This document shows, piece after piece, positions 29,477 to 39,455 of a stretch of DNA of 64,000 nucleotides. The stretch comes from Candidatus Melainabacteria bacterium. GTDB taxonomy: Bacteria > Cyanobacteriota > Vampirovibrionia > Obscuribacterales > Obscuribacteraceae. The notes beneath the pieces are model-generated. The model was not told the origin of the DNA. It made no database searches and saw only the letters and a list, made by a program, of their open reading frames with translations. The first letter of the stretch is position 1; every line of letters begins with the position of its first letter. A program made the translations under genes and the position numbers. The stretch lies in the NCBI GenBank assembly GCA_030696635.1, contig JAUYRX010000024.1:41401-105400 (forward strand), read 5' to 3'.

Positions 29477-30163
29477 ATGAGCATCCACCGCATTGAATAT
29501 TTAGACCATGACCGCATCGTAGCTTTTGACGATGAACTAGACCCGGCTTTTGCCCTCTATGTTCTATGCCGCAGCTACCTGGCCTATGGCGGAAAAGTTA
29601 CTAGTTATAGCGAAACGAGCCTAACTGCCGAAGTCACTTTCCTGCGCCCCGAACAAATGGTTTTAACAGCTGACCGTCATTACATGAAAGCCTTGTATCG
29701 AGCGGCCCAAGCCATAGAAAACATCAATCAACCGGAGCAGCACATTGAAGACAGTCCAAACGGGCTCATCTTTGCCCTAACCGGTCTAGCTCAAGCCCAT
29801 AGCGGAGAGAAAACCGCCATGATTGCCCTACTAGCCGGCGCCAACATCAACAACCCGGCTGAGGTAAAAGCAATGACCGAGCTTGGTCTAGAGCTAGCCC
29901 TCACAGTCTTTATGATTGACGCTCACAGCGGAGATGAAGCCAAATTGCCATTACTCGACACCATAGCACTGGTGAAAATCATCTCTGATTTTCTCAGTCT
30001 AGAAGTGCCAAATTCGCAACAACAAGGTCGCACAACGATTCTGGACGCAACCAACTACGCCTTGAGAGCGCAAATACCGCTCTTATCGTTTCTCACCGAA
30101 TGGGTTGAAGGCATGGCACGGGGTCTCGCTCTCAGTGACATTGTCAGACACAAGGCGGCCTAG
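29477..30163 (+). CDS. Hypothetical 228-aa protein
   Basis: Start set to ATG 29477 (MSIHRIEYL) with AGGAGG SD 6 nt upstream. No motif recognised. Confidence 0.6.
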   Translation: MSIHRIEYLDHDRIVAFDDELDPAFALYVLCRSYLAYGGKVTSYSETSLTAEVTFLRPEQMVLTADRHYMKALYRAAQAIENINQPEQHIEDSPNGLIFALTGLAQAHSGEKTAMIALLAGANINNPAEVKAMTELGLELALTVFMIDAHSGDEAKLPLLDTIALVKIISDFLSLEVPNSQQQGRTTILDATNYALRAQIPLLSFLTEWVEGMARGLALSDIVRHKAA

Positions 30164-30241
30164 ACACGTTATCGCTACAACGCTGTAAGCGATAGCAATT
30201 TTTAAGCGCTGCACTGAAGCGGCACTAAATGGAAATGCACA

Positions 30242-32287
30242 ATGACTAAAACGAGACATGTACAAAAATGGTTTATGGCCGGGAGCGACAAGGAAGAGCA
30301 CCAGGTAGAACACACAGCCCCATGGTGGAGAGTCGTTTGCCTCACCGGGGTAGATTACTTCTCAACCCTCTGTTATCAACCCACCATTGCTTTTGCCGCA
30401 GCTGGAGCACTAGCCCCGCTGGCAACGATTGTTTTGGCCCTGGTTACTCTGTTTGCCGCACTGCCTGTGTACTTCACCGTAGCTAACGAGAGCCCACACG
30501 GGCAGGGCAGTATCAGCATGCTAGAAAGTCGCTTACCAGGCTGGTCAGCAAAACTCTGCGTCTTGGTTCTACTGGGTTTTGCCGCCTGCGCCTACCTGAT
30601 CACAATCACCCTCTCCGCCTCTGATGGAGCTGCCCATTTCGTCGAAAATCACGAAATGCACAAGGCAATAACAGTGCAAGGATATGTCATTACTGCCGTG
30701 GTAGCCGCACTAGCATACCTGATAGCTGACCGGTCTCGGCAACTAATTGTCATCGGCTGCCTCGCTCTATTGGCCTACGCTGCCCTGGATCAATTCGCCC
30801 AGAATCGCTTAGCTGTAGCTTTGATAATGATCCTGCTCTTAGGGGCTTTGTTTCTCAAAGGCCTACGCGAAGTAATTGGCATTGCTGTTCTACTTGTAGT
30901 GGCTTTCTTGTCACTCAGTGCCATCGTCGTAGCGGCAGGCCTCTATCAAGTATACCTTCACCCTGAGCTCATAAGCGGCTGGTGGCAGCGTCTCCTGGGA
31001 GACTATAACTACTCCTGGTCAGCCATACTCTTCGCTTGTCTCACGGTCTTCCCCTTACTGGCTCTAGGCCTTTCAGGGTTTGAAACAGGAGTACAAGTTA
31101 TACCCCTCGTCAGAGGCGATCAAAACGACAATCACCACCACCCCCTGGGAAGAATTCGCAACGCCAAAAAGCTTCTGGCTGCCGCAGCAATAATCATGAG
31201 CATCTTTCTGATTTTAAGCAGCGTGGCCACGACCTTGCTAATTCCGGCCAAAGAAATGATGCCTGGGGGTAGCGCAGAAGGTCGCGCCCTTAGCGTCTTA
31301 GGTCACAACCTGCTAGGCCACGGTTTCGGCACTATATTCGATACCGTTACCATTGCCATTCTCTGGTTTGCTGGTGCTTCTGCCATGACCGGACTGATTA
31401 ATCTGGTTACTCACTATCTGCCTAGATATGGCATGGTGCCTTCATGGGCCAGAGCTTCCCGCCCGGTGATTATCGTCTTTACTGCGATTGCTGTGCTTGT
31501 CACCGTCATTTTTAAGGCCGATGTTATGGCCCAAGGCGGCGCCTACGCAACGGGAGTACTGGTGCTTATCACCTCTGCCTCGATCTCAGCAACCTGGTGT
31601 TCATGGAAAAAGCACAAATGGCAAGCCCTAGCATTTGGCTTAACAGCTCTGGTTTTTCTCTATACCACCTGCGTCAACATGATTGGTCATCCAGATGGTC
31701 CCAAAATCGCCGCCTTCTTCATTCTCATGGTGCTCGCCACATCGCTGATATCTAGAGTAATGCGTGTTCTGGAGCTACGCGTCAAAGCTGTAGAGCTCGA
31801 TGAAAATGCCAAGCTGTTCTTGACAGAAGCCAAAGCACAAAATCAAAAAGGCATCATCCACATCGTCGCTCATAAGTTTGGTGGCACAGCTTACACAATC
31901 AGGGGAAATGAAGTACGAGACAGACACAACATCGGAGACCACGACCAGCTCGTCTTCTTGGAGGTCACCATCGAAGACGCCTCAGAATTTGTGGACGAAG
32001 TACTTGAAGTGGAGGGTACTATTCACAAAGGTAACCACGGTGATCACCGCATTCTGCGCTGCAAAAGCCCATCCGTAGCCAACGCCATTGCTGCAATCTT
32101 GTTGCATATTCAAAGCGAATGTGACACACGCGCGGCTGCTCATATTGGCTGGTCTGAAGACGGCCCCTTCCTCACAGCATTTACCTTTTTGCTCTTTGGT
32201 GATGGTGAAACTGGGGTGCTAGTGCGCAAAATTCTAGAAACGGCAGAACCGAATAATAAACATCGACCTCTGGTGTTAATTGGTTAA
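30242..32287 (+). CDS. APC-superfamily-like polytopic permease with a ~170-aa cytoplasmic C-terminal domain
   Basis: About 12 TM segments followed by a soluble tail (IIHIVAHKFGGTAYTIRGNEVRD...). The family assignment rests on architecture only. Confidence 0.55.
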   Translation: MTKTRHVQKWFMAGSDKEEHQVEHTAPWWRVVCLTGVDYFSTLCYQPTIAFAAAGALAPLATIVLALVTLFAALPVYFTVANESPHGQGSISMLESRLPGWSAKLCVLVLLGFAACAYLITITLSASDGAAHFVENHEMHKAITVQGYVITAVVAALAYLIADRSRQLIVIGCLALLAYAALDQFAQNRLAVALIMILLLGALFLKGLREVIGIAVLLVVAFLSLSAIVVAAGLYQVYLHPELISGWWQRLLGDYNYSWSAILFACLTVFPLLALGLSGFETGVQVIPLVRGDQNDNHHHPLGRIRNAKKLLAAAAIIMSIFLILSSVATTLLIPAKEMMPGGSAEGRALSVLGHNLLGHGFGTIFDTVTIAILWFAGASAMTGLINLVTHYLPRYGMVPSWARASRPVIIVFTAIAVLVTVIFKADVMAQGGAYATGVLVLITSASISATWCSWKKHKWQALAFGLTALVFLYTTCVNMIGHPDGPKIAAFFILMVLATSLISRVMRVLELRVKAVELDENAKLFLTEAKAQNQKGIIHIVAHKFGGTAYTIRGNEVRDRHNIGDHDQLVFLEVTIEDASEFVDEVLEVEGTIHKGNHGDHRILRCKSPSVANAIAAILLHIQSECDTRAAAHIGWSEDGPFLTAFTFLLFGDGETGVLVRKILETAEPNNKHRPLVLIG

Positions 32288-32386
32288 CAAAAATCTCTCG
32301 CGACCCTCTGAGTGAAAAGCATTCAGAGGGTCTTTTCTTTGGTCCAAAAAACCATTTCTAACAACCTGGAAAACAGGAGATCTAAA

Positions 32387-32782
32387 ATGGACTGCACACA
32401 CAAATGTCCGGCCATCCGTCTTGTGATGTTCCCCAAAGACACAAACCCTTGGGGCAGCATTTTCGGAGGCGTTATTCTCTCTAACATCGACATTGCCGCT
32501 AGCGTTGCCACCCGTGCTGTTACGCAGCACCGCACCGTCACTGTCTGCATGAAAGAAGTAGCTTTCAAACAACCAGTAAAAGTGGGAGACATACTCACTT
32601 TCTGGACCGATGTCGTCAAAATTGGTCGCACCTCGGTCACCATCAGAGTCAAAGTAGAAGCTGAACGTCACGGCGAAACCATAGCCGTAACCGAAGGAGA
32701 AGTAGTTTTCGTATCAGTAGACGATCAAGACCGCCCGATTCCACTCGATGCACCCATTGGCACTCAAGGAGAAGCAATCTAA
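32387..32782 (+). CDS. Acyl-CoA thioesterase, hotdog fold (YciA-like)
   Basis: MFPKDTNPWGSIFGGVILSNIDIAAS ... GRTSVTIRVKV. Start set to ATG 32387 with AGGAG SD. Confidence 0.8.
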   Translation: MDCTHKCPAIRLVMFPKDTNPWGSIFGGVILSNIDIAASVATRAVTQHRTVTVCMKEVAFKQPVKVGDILTFWTDVVKIGRTSVTIRVKVEAERHGETIAVTEGEVVFVSVDDQDRPIPLDAPIGTQGEAI

Positions 32783-33519
32783 TGCTTACATTCACAGTCT
32801 CTGATTTACAAAAAATAACAGCAGAAGCTATTAGTTCAGCCCAACGTCAGCTGGCAGAACGGAACGAACAAATCTTTGGCAATGCCATGCAGCAACTAAA
32901 AACAGATGTTGCTGCTGGACGACAGTTCAGTGTGGCCATGAGCCTTAAAAATGGCACTGACTACGAAAGCAAAGGCAGAATACTGCGCCCAGAACAGCTA
33001 ATAGGCACTGCTGCCCTAGTTTATGCAAAATGCCAAGTCTTCGAGCCCACTCTTGAATATTGGAGCCGCTATGAAGGCGATCAACGGGATGGATACGCCG
33101 TTGATGGCTTCAACATAGTCTTGCACTGGAGTAACATCGATGACTTGCTGGCTAAACTAATTACACTCAACGATGACACCACCATTAGTGCTATTCGCCA
33201 AAGTATAGAGTCTGCTCAGTCTGCCATAGCTGACAAAGCTGCCTCGATTCTAAAGCAACTAAAAGAACGGGCCACAGCTCAAGCTAGTTCTGGCAAAAGT
33301 TGGGCCATAGTCATGTCGCTCAAAGCTGGAGTCGACTTCGAAAGGCCAAGCCATGCGCCGCTGGCACAAATCACACCGGCATGGCTTGGACCTGTGGCAA
33401 AAGTTGTCTGGGAGGCGTGTACCAAATTCAATCCAACATTCGAATATTGGAGCCGGCAAGAAGGTGATCAGCGCGACTCTTACACCGTCGAAGGTATCAA
33501 CATCGTCGTTCACTGGTAA
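32782..33519 (+). CDS. Hypothetical protein made of two tandem copies of an unknown ~70-aa domain
   Basis: FSVAMSLKNGTDYE...FEPTLEYWSRYEGDQRDGYAVDGFNIVLHW versus WAIVMSLKAGVDFE...FNPTFEYWSRQEGDQRDSYTVEGINIVVHW. The start overlaps the thioesterase stop (TAATG). Confidence 0.65.
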   Translation: MLTFTVSDLQKITAEAISSAQRQLAERNEQIFGNAMQQLKTDVAAGRQFSVAMSLKNGTDYESKGRILRPEQLIGTAALVYAKCQVFEPTLEYWSRYEGDQRDGYAVDGFNIVLHWSNIDDLLAKLITLNDDTTISAIRQSIESAQSAIADKAASILKQLKERATAQASSGKSWAIVMSLKAGVDFERPSHAPLAQITPAWLGPVAKVVWEACTKFNPTFEYWSRQEGDQRDSYTVEGINIVVHW

Positions 33520-33539
33520 CAGGTAGCGGAGGAAGACTC

Positions 33540-33728
33540 ATGTTTGCAAATTTAGATCCAGCAATAGCTTTAGTAATCGTCGTGGCCGTTCTTACCTTAG
33601 CAGTAGCCTGGCGCGCCATCAAAAACGGCAAAGTAGGTCCAGAGTATGGCCTTTCACTAAAAGACGTCTTTAAGAAAACCAAAGACAAAGAAAATCCAGA
33701 ACACAGCAAAACAAACGAGCCTTCATAA
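33540..33728 (+). CDS. Small single-TM protein (62 aa) with a Lys/Glu-rich tail
   Basis: GGAGGAAG SD. TM segment PAIALVIVVAVLTLAVAW. Confidence 0.55.
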   Translation: MFANLDPAIALVIVVAVLTLAVAWRAIKNGKVGPEYGLSLKDVFKKTKDKENPEHSKTNEPS

Positions 33729-33778
33729 CAACAAGGCTCATAACCCAAACACTCACTGCCGCCGGCAGCATTACATTC

Positions 33779-33928
33779 ATGGTGCCAATTAAGATAGGCG
33801 TCGCCTTGGTTGTAACCACTATTGCGGTCTCAAGCTATGGTTCTGTAGCAGCCGCTGGCACAACTGTAGTTTTAACTACTGGCGCTATTGGCCTTCTGTT
33901 CACGCTCTTCAGCGGTAGTGACAAATAA
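33779..33928 (+). CDS. Possible 49-aa hydrophobic peptide
   Basis: Own translation: MVPIKIGVALVVTTIAVSSYGSVAAAGTTVVLTTGAIGLLFTLFSGSDK. It is below the ORF-track cutoff, has no SD, and lies just before a good terminator. Confidence 0.25.
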   Translation: MVPIKIGVALVVTTIAVSSYGSVAAAGTTVVLTTGAIGLLFTLFSGSDK

Positions 33929-33953
33929 TAGCGACCTGCCTGGCATAGACACG

Positions 33954-33978
33954 GGCAGTTAACCGACTGCCTCTTTTT
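33954..33978 (+). terminator. Rho-independent terminator
   Basis: GGCAGT taaccg ACTGCC followed by TCTTTTT. Confidence 0.65.
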
Positions 33979-34000
33979 CTGATATCTCGCATAGGATCTT

Positions 34001-35116
34001 ATGAGTACTAACACTCTACTTCTTTACCTGCTCTTTCTTGTTCTAGCCGTGGCAATTAACGGTCTCTTTGTCGCCTTTGAATTCGCCCTGGTATCTATGC
34101 GGCGCAGTCGGGTGCAAGAGTTAATTGACAATGGCATAGGCTCAGCCAGAACAGTAAGCCGATTGCAGCACGACATGGATGAAACTATATCTGGTGCGCA
34201 AGTTGGCATAACACTGGCCAGCTTGGTACTAGGTTGGATTGGCGAACCGGCTATCCACGAACTGCTAAGCAGAGCAGCCTTGCTACTACCAGCAGAGATT
34301 GACCTCTCGTTCGCACAACCATCTTTCTTTTCGGGCCTTGCCTTAGCTCTCTCATTCATCTTCTTATCTCTGCTGCACGTCGTGCTCGGAGAACAAGTGC
34401 CCAAGGGTATCGCCCTGCGCTTTCCGGAACGTCTACTGCTACTCTTCTCGCGGCCATTCTTGCTTTATCGTCAGCTAACATTTCCCCTGATCTGGATTTT
34501 CACACGCCTGGCCAAATTTGTTCTGCGAGCTATTGGCGTAACTAAAACAGCAAACCATGAACCTGTCCATTCGGCAGATGAACTGTCAATGATTATTGAC
34601 GGCAGCCTGGAGGCCGGTGAGTTGGATCACACAGTTACAGAAGTCTTGCAAAAGGCTCTGGACCTGCAAGATTTAACGGTCGGCGAACTTATGATTCCGC
34701 TCGACAAAGTCGACATGGTAGAACAAAACACCTCATTCAAAGCCGTGCTGGAATTAGCCAATGACTCCAAACACAGTCGATTGCCGATTTACGCCGGAGA
34801 ACGAACAAAAATTGTTGGCTTGCTTTCAACCAAAGATCTGTTAGGCGTAGTTGAGACGAAAATCAATAGTCTGCCACTAGAAGCCAAATTGGGAAGTTTA
34901 GCCCACGACTTTAAGCTGGCAGAGCATCAACGCTCAATCTTGAGAGTTACCGCCGGAATGAGAGCAAGCAGCCTCTTGCGCTGGTTCTTAATTCGTCGCA
35001 TGCCCATGGCTCTAGTGATAGATGACCCAGAAACTAAAGTTTCAGTCGGCATCATCACCTTAGAAGACTTGCTTGAGCGCCTGGTCGGCGAAATCAACGA
35101 CGAATACGACAACTAA
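34001..35116 (+). CDS. CNNM/HlyC-CorC family transporter (DUF21 TM domain plus CBS pair, no CorC_HlyC C-domain)
   Basis: N-terminal 4-TM DUF21-like region (FEFALVSMRRSRVQEL). CBS-pair region (LTVGELMIPLDKVDMV ... HSRLPIY ... IVGLLSTKDLL ... ALVIDDPETKVSVGIITLEDLLE). Confidence 0.85.
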   Translation: MSTNTLLLYLLFLVLAVAINGLFVAFEFALVSMRRSRVQELIDNGIGSARTVSRLQHDMDETISGAQVGITLASLVLGWIGEPAIHELLSRAALLLPAEIDLSFAQPSFFSGLALALSFIFLSLLHVVLGEQVPKGIALRFPERLLLLFSRPFLLYRQLTFPLIWIFTRLAKFVLRAIGVTKTANHEPVHSADELSMIIDGSLEAGELDHTVTEVLQKALDLQDLTVGELMIPLDKVDMVEQNTSFKAVLELANDSKHSRLPIYAGERTKIVGLLSTKDLLGVVETKINSLPLEAKLGSLAHDFKLAEHQRSILRVTAGMRASSLLRWFLIRRMPMALVIDDPETKVSVGIITLEDLLERLVGEINDEYDN

Positions 35117-35169
35117 CCACTATTACACAACCTAATCAAAACACCATTCACAACATTACGGAGACAACC

Positions 35170-36459
35170 ATGCCCAAAACACGTCGTCTACATTTTGCTG
35201 CCGCACTAGTTCTAGGCCTTTGTCTGGCATCACAAACCAACGCTCAGCCAGCTAGTTGCACAGCAGGCGCCCCCACCTATACCGCTCCAGCTTTCTCTGG
35301 CGAAGCCCCCTCCGAAGGCTACCAAATCATGTATCACAGCATGTGGGAGTTCATTCGCGATCAATACTACGACCCCACCCGCCTGAAAAACTGGCAAAAC
35401 ATGGAACACACCTACGACACCAAAGTAGGCACAATTAACGACATTCAACTAGCACTCAAACTGTTAGCTGAAGCCAGCGGTGACAAATGGACTAACTTTG
35501 TCTCTACTCAAGAAATGCGCGATCAAGCGGCAATTCAAAAGCAAGGTCAAGTGATTGGCGGGCTCATGCTCTATCGCCACGGAAGCCACTACAAGCTCGA
35601 CGTCATCCACTATGGCAGCGCCGCCTACGGTAACGCTCTAAGAGAGCGAGATATTATCAATTGCCTCAACAAAGTCGCACTTGACGGTCTTCAGCGCGAG
35701 CAAGTCGATGGCTTGCTGCGGGGCAAGAGCGGTGACAAACTTCTAGTCAACGCCACCTCGGCCACTGATGGCAGTCAGTACGAAGTAGAGCTGACCCTAA
35801 CGGCCGTACCCAAGCCAGTAGTCGAAGCGAAGCTGTTACCGGGCCATATTATCTATATCCGCATGCCTTCCTTTGCCAGTGAAGCCTATATCAACGACTT
35901 CATCGACAAATTTCAAGACCTATCGAATCAAGACGGTGGCCAAACCAAAGGTATGGTGCTCGACCTAAGAAACAATCTAGGTGGAGAACTACCAGCGGCA
36001 ACCAAATTTTCGTCTCTGTTCTTAGATGAAAGCCAAATTGTTACTCAATCTATAGTGCGTGGCAGCCCAACAAAGCCGATAGCTGTAGCAAAAGCAGATC
36101 AAATTGTTGCCAAAGGCAAAACCATCAACAGCGGTACTGTGCAAATTTTGCGCAAACTGCCCCTGATAATCCTGGCCAACGGCTCTTCTGCTAGTGCGGC
36201 AGAAATTACAATTTCGGCCCTCAAAGACAACAAACGCGGCACTGTTATTGGTGTCACAACCTTTGGCAAAGGTGTTGGTTATAAGACTCAACCAGGTCCT
36301 ATTGGCGGATTAATGAGCGTAACGGCACTGAAGTACCTGACACCAAACGGCAACGAAGTTCATGAACAGGGCATCGCCCCCGACATTTCAGTGCCAGTGC
36401 CACCAAACGAAACAAACGATATCCAGCTAGCTGCGGCAATTGCCAAACTAAAAGACTAA
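35170..36459 (+). CDS. S41-family C-terminal processing peptidase, secreted
   Basis: Signal peptide AALVLGLCLASQTNA. Motifs: VLDLRNNLGGE, ILANGSSASAAEITISALKD, VIGVTTFGKG. GGAGA SD. Confidence 0.85.
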   Translation: MPKTRRLHFAAALVLGLCLASQTNAQPASCTAGAPTYTAPAFSGEAPSEGYQIMYHSMWEFIRDQYYDPTRLKNWQNMEHTYDTKVGTINDIQLALKLLAEASGDKWTNFVSTQEMRDQAAIQKQGQVIGGLMLYRHGSHYKLDVIHYGSAAYGNALRERDIINCLNKVALDGLQREQVDGLLRGKSGDKLLVNATSATDGSQYEVELTLTAVPKPVVEAKLLPGHIIYIRMPSFASEAYINDFIDKFQDLSNQDGGQTKGMVLDLRNNLGGELPAATKFSSLFLDESQIVTQSIVRGSPTKPIAVAKADQIVAKGKTINSGTVQILRKLPLIILANGSSASAAEITISALKDNKRGTVIGVTTFGKGVGYKTQPGPIGGLMSVTALKYLTPNGNEVHEQGIAPDISVPVPPNETNDIQLAAAIAKLKD

Positions 36460-36511
36460 CTAGTAATTAAGCCATGAAACATCAATCGGGATAAACCCTA
36501 GGAGGTACCAA

Positions 36512-37219
36512 ATGGTATCGCATGAATTCGTGCAGCTCTTAGCTATGCTGCCAAAATCTCACCCTTGGCATGGAGTATCACCAAATGTGGTCGGTACTGG
36601 CATGATCAAGGCATTTATAGAAATGGTTCCAGCAGACAGAATGAAACTGGAACTAGACAAAGCCACTGGTCACCTGCACGTGGACCGCCCCCTGCTGTAC
36701 TCATCAAGCTGCCCCAATCTGTATGGCTTTATTCCCCAAACCTACTGCGGTGAACTTGTTGCTGAGCGCTGCTCCAAACGCACGAAACGCCGGGGCATCG
36801 TTGGTGACGGCGACCCGCTAGACATCTGTGTTATCACCGATTCGGTCTTTAGTCATGGTGACTTGTTTGTTACAGCTCGTCCGATTGGTGGACTGCGCAT
36901 GATTGACAACAAACAAGCCGATGACAAAATCATTGCCGTGCTCAAAGACGACCTAACCTTTGGCAAGATAGAGGACATTAGCCAGCTGCCAGAAGCTGTT
37001 ATAAAACGGCTTGAACACTACTTTTTAAGCTATAAGCGCAGTTTTGCCAGTGAGAGTAAAAGTAAGAAGCCAGTCGTGTCGATTCCTGAAGTCTATGGAG
37101 CAGAAGAAGCCTTCGAAGTAATCAGATTGAGCTTACAAGACTACCAAAATCTCTACGGCACACTAGCAGACCGTCTGGAACGGCTGCAACAGCTACTTAC
37201 AGCTGCCCCAAAGGCCTAA
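36512..37219 (+). CDS. ppa: Family I inorganic pyrophosphatase with a C-terminal extension
   Basis: HPWHGVS, LYGFIPQTY, DGDPLDICV, DDKIIAV. AGGAGG SD. Confidence 0.8.
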   Translation: MVSHEFVQLLAMLPKSHPWHGVSPNVVGTGMIKAFIEMVPADRMKLELDKATGHLHVDRPLLYSSSCPNLYGFIPQTYCGELVAERCSKRTKRRGIVGDGDPLDICVITDSVFSHGDLFVTARPIGGLRMIDNKQADDKIIAVLKDDLTFGKIEDISQLPEAVIKRLEHYFLSYKRSFASESKSKKPVVSIPEVYGAEEAFEVIRLSLQDYQNLYGTLADRLERLQQLLTAAPKA

Positions 37220-37230
37220 CGACAATCCGC

Positions 37231-37262
37231 AGAGGCAGAGATATGCTCTGCCTCTTTCCTTC
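37231..37262 (+). terminator. Rho-independent terminator after ppa
   Basis: AGAGGCAGAG atatg CTCTGCCTCT followed by TTCCTTC. Confidence 0.6.
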
Positions 37263-37286
37263 AACTAAACGAACCAAGGCCTGAAT

Positions 37287-38699
37287 ATGGAAAAAATATT
37301 CGCTAATTTACTGCGGCGCAAAACACTAGAATCAATCAAAGCCCAAGGCGACACAGAACACGCCGATGGCCACCGCCTCAACCGTGTACTGACCTCGCGC
37401 GATATTCTTAGCGCCGGGGTGGCAGCCATTATCGGCACCGGCATTTTTGTCTTGATCGGCGCAGCCGCACATGCCAATGCTGGTCCCGGTATCATCATTT
37501 CCTTCGTGCTTGCCAGCCTGGCTTGTGGCTTTGTCAGCTTTGCCTATGCCGAGTTTGCCTCGATGATTCCTGTGGCCGGAAGCGCATATACCTATGCCTA
37601 CGCCACACTTGGTGAAATCTTCGCCTGGATCATCGGCTGGGACTTATTGCTCGAATATGCAGTAGGCGCCAGCACTGTGGCATCAGGCTGGAGCGATTAC
37701 TTTCAGAGCCTACTGCTCGGCTTCGGCGTCACTCTGCCAAACCATTTTGCAACGGCATCGTCTAACAGCATCAACTTACCGGCCATTTTGATTATCGTAT
37801 TTCTCAACTACTGGTTAATCAAGGGGGTTAAGCACACAGTTCGCATGACCTCGATCTTTGTAATCGTCAAACTCGCCATCGTCTTATTCTTCATCGCCGT
37901 TGGCGCCTTCCACATCGACCCTGGCAACTACATACCATTCTTGCCTTTTGGCTGGTCAGGCGTACTCACTGGTGCTGGTGTGGTCTTCTTTGCCTTTATC
38001 GGCTTTGACGCGGTGACAACCATGGCTGAGGAGTGCAAGGATCCACAAAAAGACGTACCCAAAGGTGTAATTGGTTCACTTGTTGTCTGCACCATTCTCT
38101 ATCTACTGGTGGCGGCAATAATGACCGGAGCCATGTCTTACACGGCCCTTGGTGGTGAAGGCGAAGGCGCGCCCATGGTCAAGGTGCTTAACCATATCGG
38201 TTATGCCTGGGCCAGCCCACTGATTTCGGTCGGTATAGTAGCCGGCCTCACCTCGGTCTTAATTGTCACCCTATTTGCCCAGTCGCGCATCATCATGCGC
38301 ATGAGCAAGGATGGCCTGTTAACGCCAATCTTCAGTACACTGTCGCACAAGTATCAAACGCCGACATGGTCAATTGTGGTGTGCGGTATTTTCGTAGCGG
38401 TCACGGCTGGCTTACTGCCAATCGATGAACTCTCACAACTAACAAGTATTGGCACACTATTTGCTTTCATCATCGTCTGCGTTGGAGTAATAGTGCTGCG
38501 TCACAAAGAACCTGAACAGCATCGGGGCTTCCGCTGTCCAGGCTATCCTTTCGTCCCAGTTATGGGCGCATTAATGAGCTTTATGCTAATGTGCACCATG
38601 CCTAGCACCACCTGGATACGTTTTATCGGCTGGATGCTGCTTGGCCTAATTGTTTATTTCGGTTATTCGAAGAGTCACAGTCGCCTGGGTAGGTCCTAA
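37287..38699 (+). CDS. APC-family amino acid permease (cationic amino acid transporter-like)
   Basis: 12-TM ORF. Motifs: GVAAIIGTGIFVLIG, AYAEFASMIPVAGSAYTY, FFAFIGFDAVTTMAEECKDPQKDVP. Confidence 0.9.
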   Translation: MEKIFANLLRRKTLESIKAQGDTEHADGHRLNRVLTSRDILSAGVAAIIGTGIFVLIGAAAHANAGPGIIISFVLASLACGFVSFAYAEFASMIPVAGSAYTYAYATLGEIFAWIIGWDLLLEYAVGASTVASGWSDYFQSLLLGFGVTLPNHFATASSNSINLPAILIIVFLNYWLIKGVKHTVRMTSIFVIVKLAIVLFFIAVGAFHIDPGNYIPFLPFGWSGVLTGAGVVFFAFIGFDAVTTMAEECKDPQKDVPKGVIGSLVVCTILYLLVAAIMTGAMSYTALGGEGEGAPMVKVLNHIGYAWASPLISVGIVAGLTSVLIVTLFAQSRIIMRMSKDGLLTPIFSTLSHKYQTPTWSIVVCGIFVAVTAGLLPIDELSQLTSIGTLFAFIIVCVGVIVLRHKEPEQHRGFRCPGYPFVPVMGALMSFMLMCTMPSTTWIRFIGWMLLGLIVYFGYSKSHSRLGRS

Positions 38700-38723
38700 T
38701 ATCAAAATCTTGCCTACCACGCC

Positions 38724-38921
38724 ATGGTCGAATCACAAGAACTTGCCAATGGCTACGCCATTGACGAAGCCACAGCAATACACTTTGTCGGCAAGAAAAT
38801 ACACAAGGTGATTTCAGTCAGTACAAATGAGTCTGCTGCTGCCTATTTGATCACCAAACAGTATGAAGGCGTTAAAGAAATCATCCTCCCTGCTTTGAGA
38901 CTTAACGCATCTAGCCAATAG
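38724..38921 (+). pseudogene. Possible orphan 3' fragment of an S51 (peptidase E/cyanophycinase-like) gene
   Basis: NGYAIDEATAIHFVGKKIHKVISVS resembles the C-terminal GIDExTAL..G strand of S51 peptidases. No upstream remainder exists, because the permease ends at 38699. Confidence 0.25.
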
Positions 38922-39062
38922 AACAGCGGAAATTCTCACTGCAATCTGACAAAGAAATCAAATCTACTCATCACTGGAAGTGATGACTTTTATATTGTCC
39001 TGTCGCTAATCTCACCGATGAGTTTAGCGCAGGACTAACCAATATTTACTCGGAGAATCGTT

Positions 39063-39428
39063 ATGATCACGAAGATCGTAAACAGCAACAAGGCCTTAAC
39101 TGTGCTAGGAGCCAGCTTGTTTCTTGCTGGTGTTGCGCTCGCAATTGTTATTGGAAAAATTGACTCACCGGACACTGATGAGAATGTGCCACTAGCATTA
39201 TTCTTTGGCTGGACCGGCATCTTGGCTCTAATAATGACCTGGAGTCTTACTCTCGAGCGCATTCAGATTTGCCTTGGCGCTATGGTATTGACGACAATTT
39301 CGTCAATATTCGGCATTGAACTTATAAGCGTAGCAAAAGAATTAGCCTTGCCCCTGACTGGAGCCTGGTCACTCTGCGTCAGCGGAGGCTCTCTTTTAGG
39401 AGCGCTGCTACTTACACGAAAAATCTAA
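39063..39428 (+). CDS. Small 4-TM membrane protein
   Basis: GGAGAA SD and four hydrophobic segments. Confidence 0.55.
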   Translation: MITKIVNSNKALTVLGASLFLAGVALAIVIGKIDSPDTDENVPLALFFGWTGILALIMTWSLTLERIQICLGAMVLTTISSIFGIELISVAKELALPLTGAWSLCVSGGSLLGALLLTRKI

Positions 39429-39455
39429 CCTATCAAACTTTGCTCGGAGACTACC

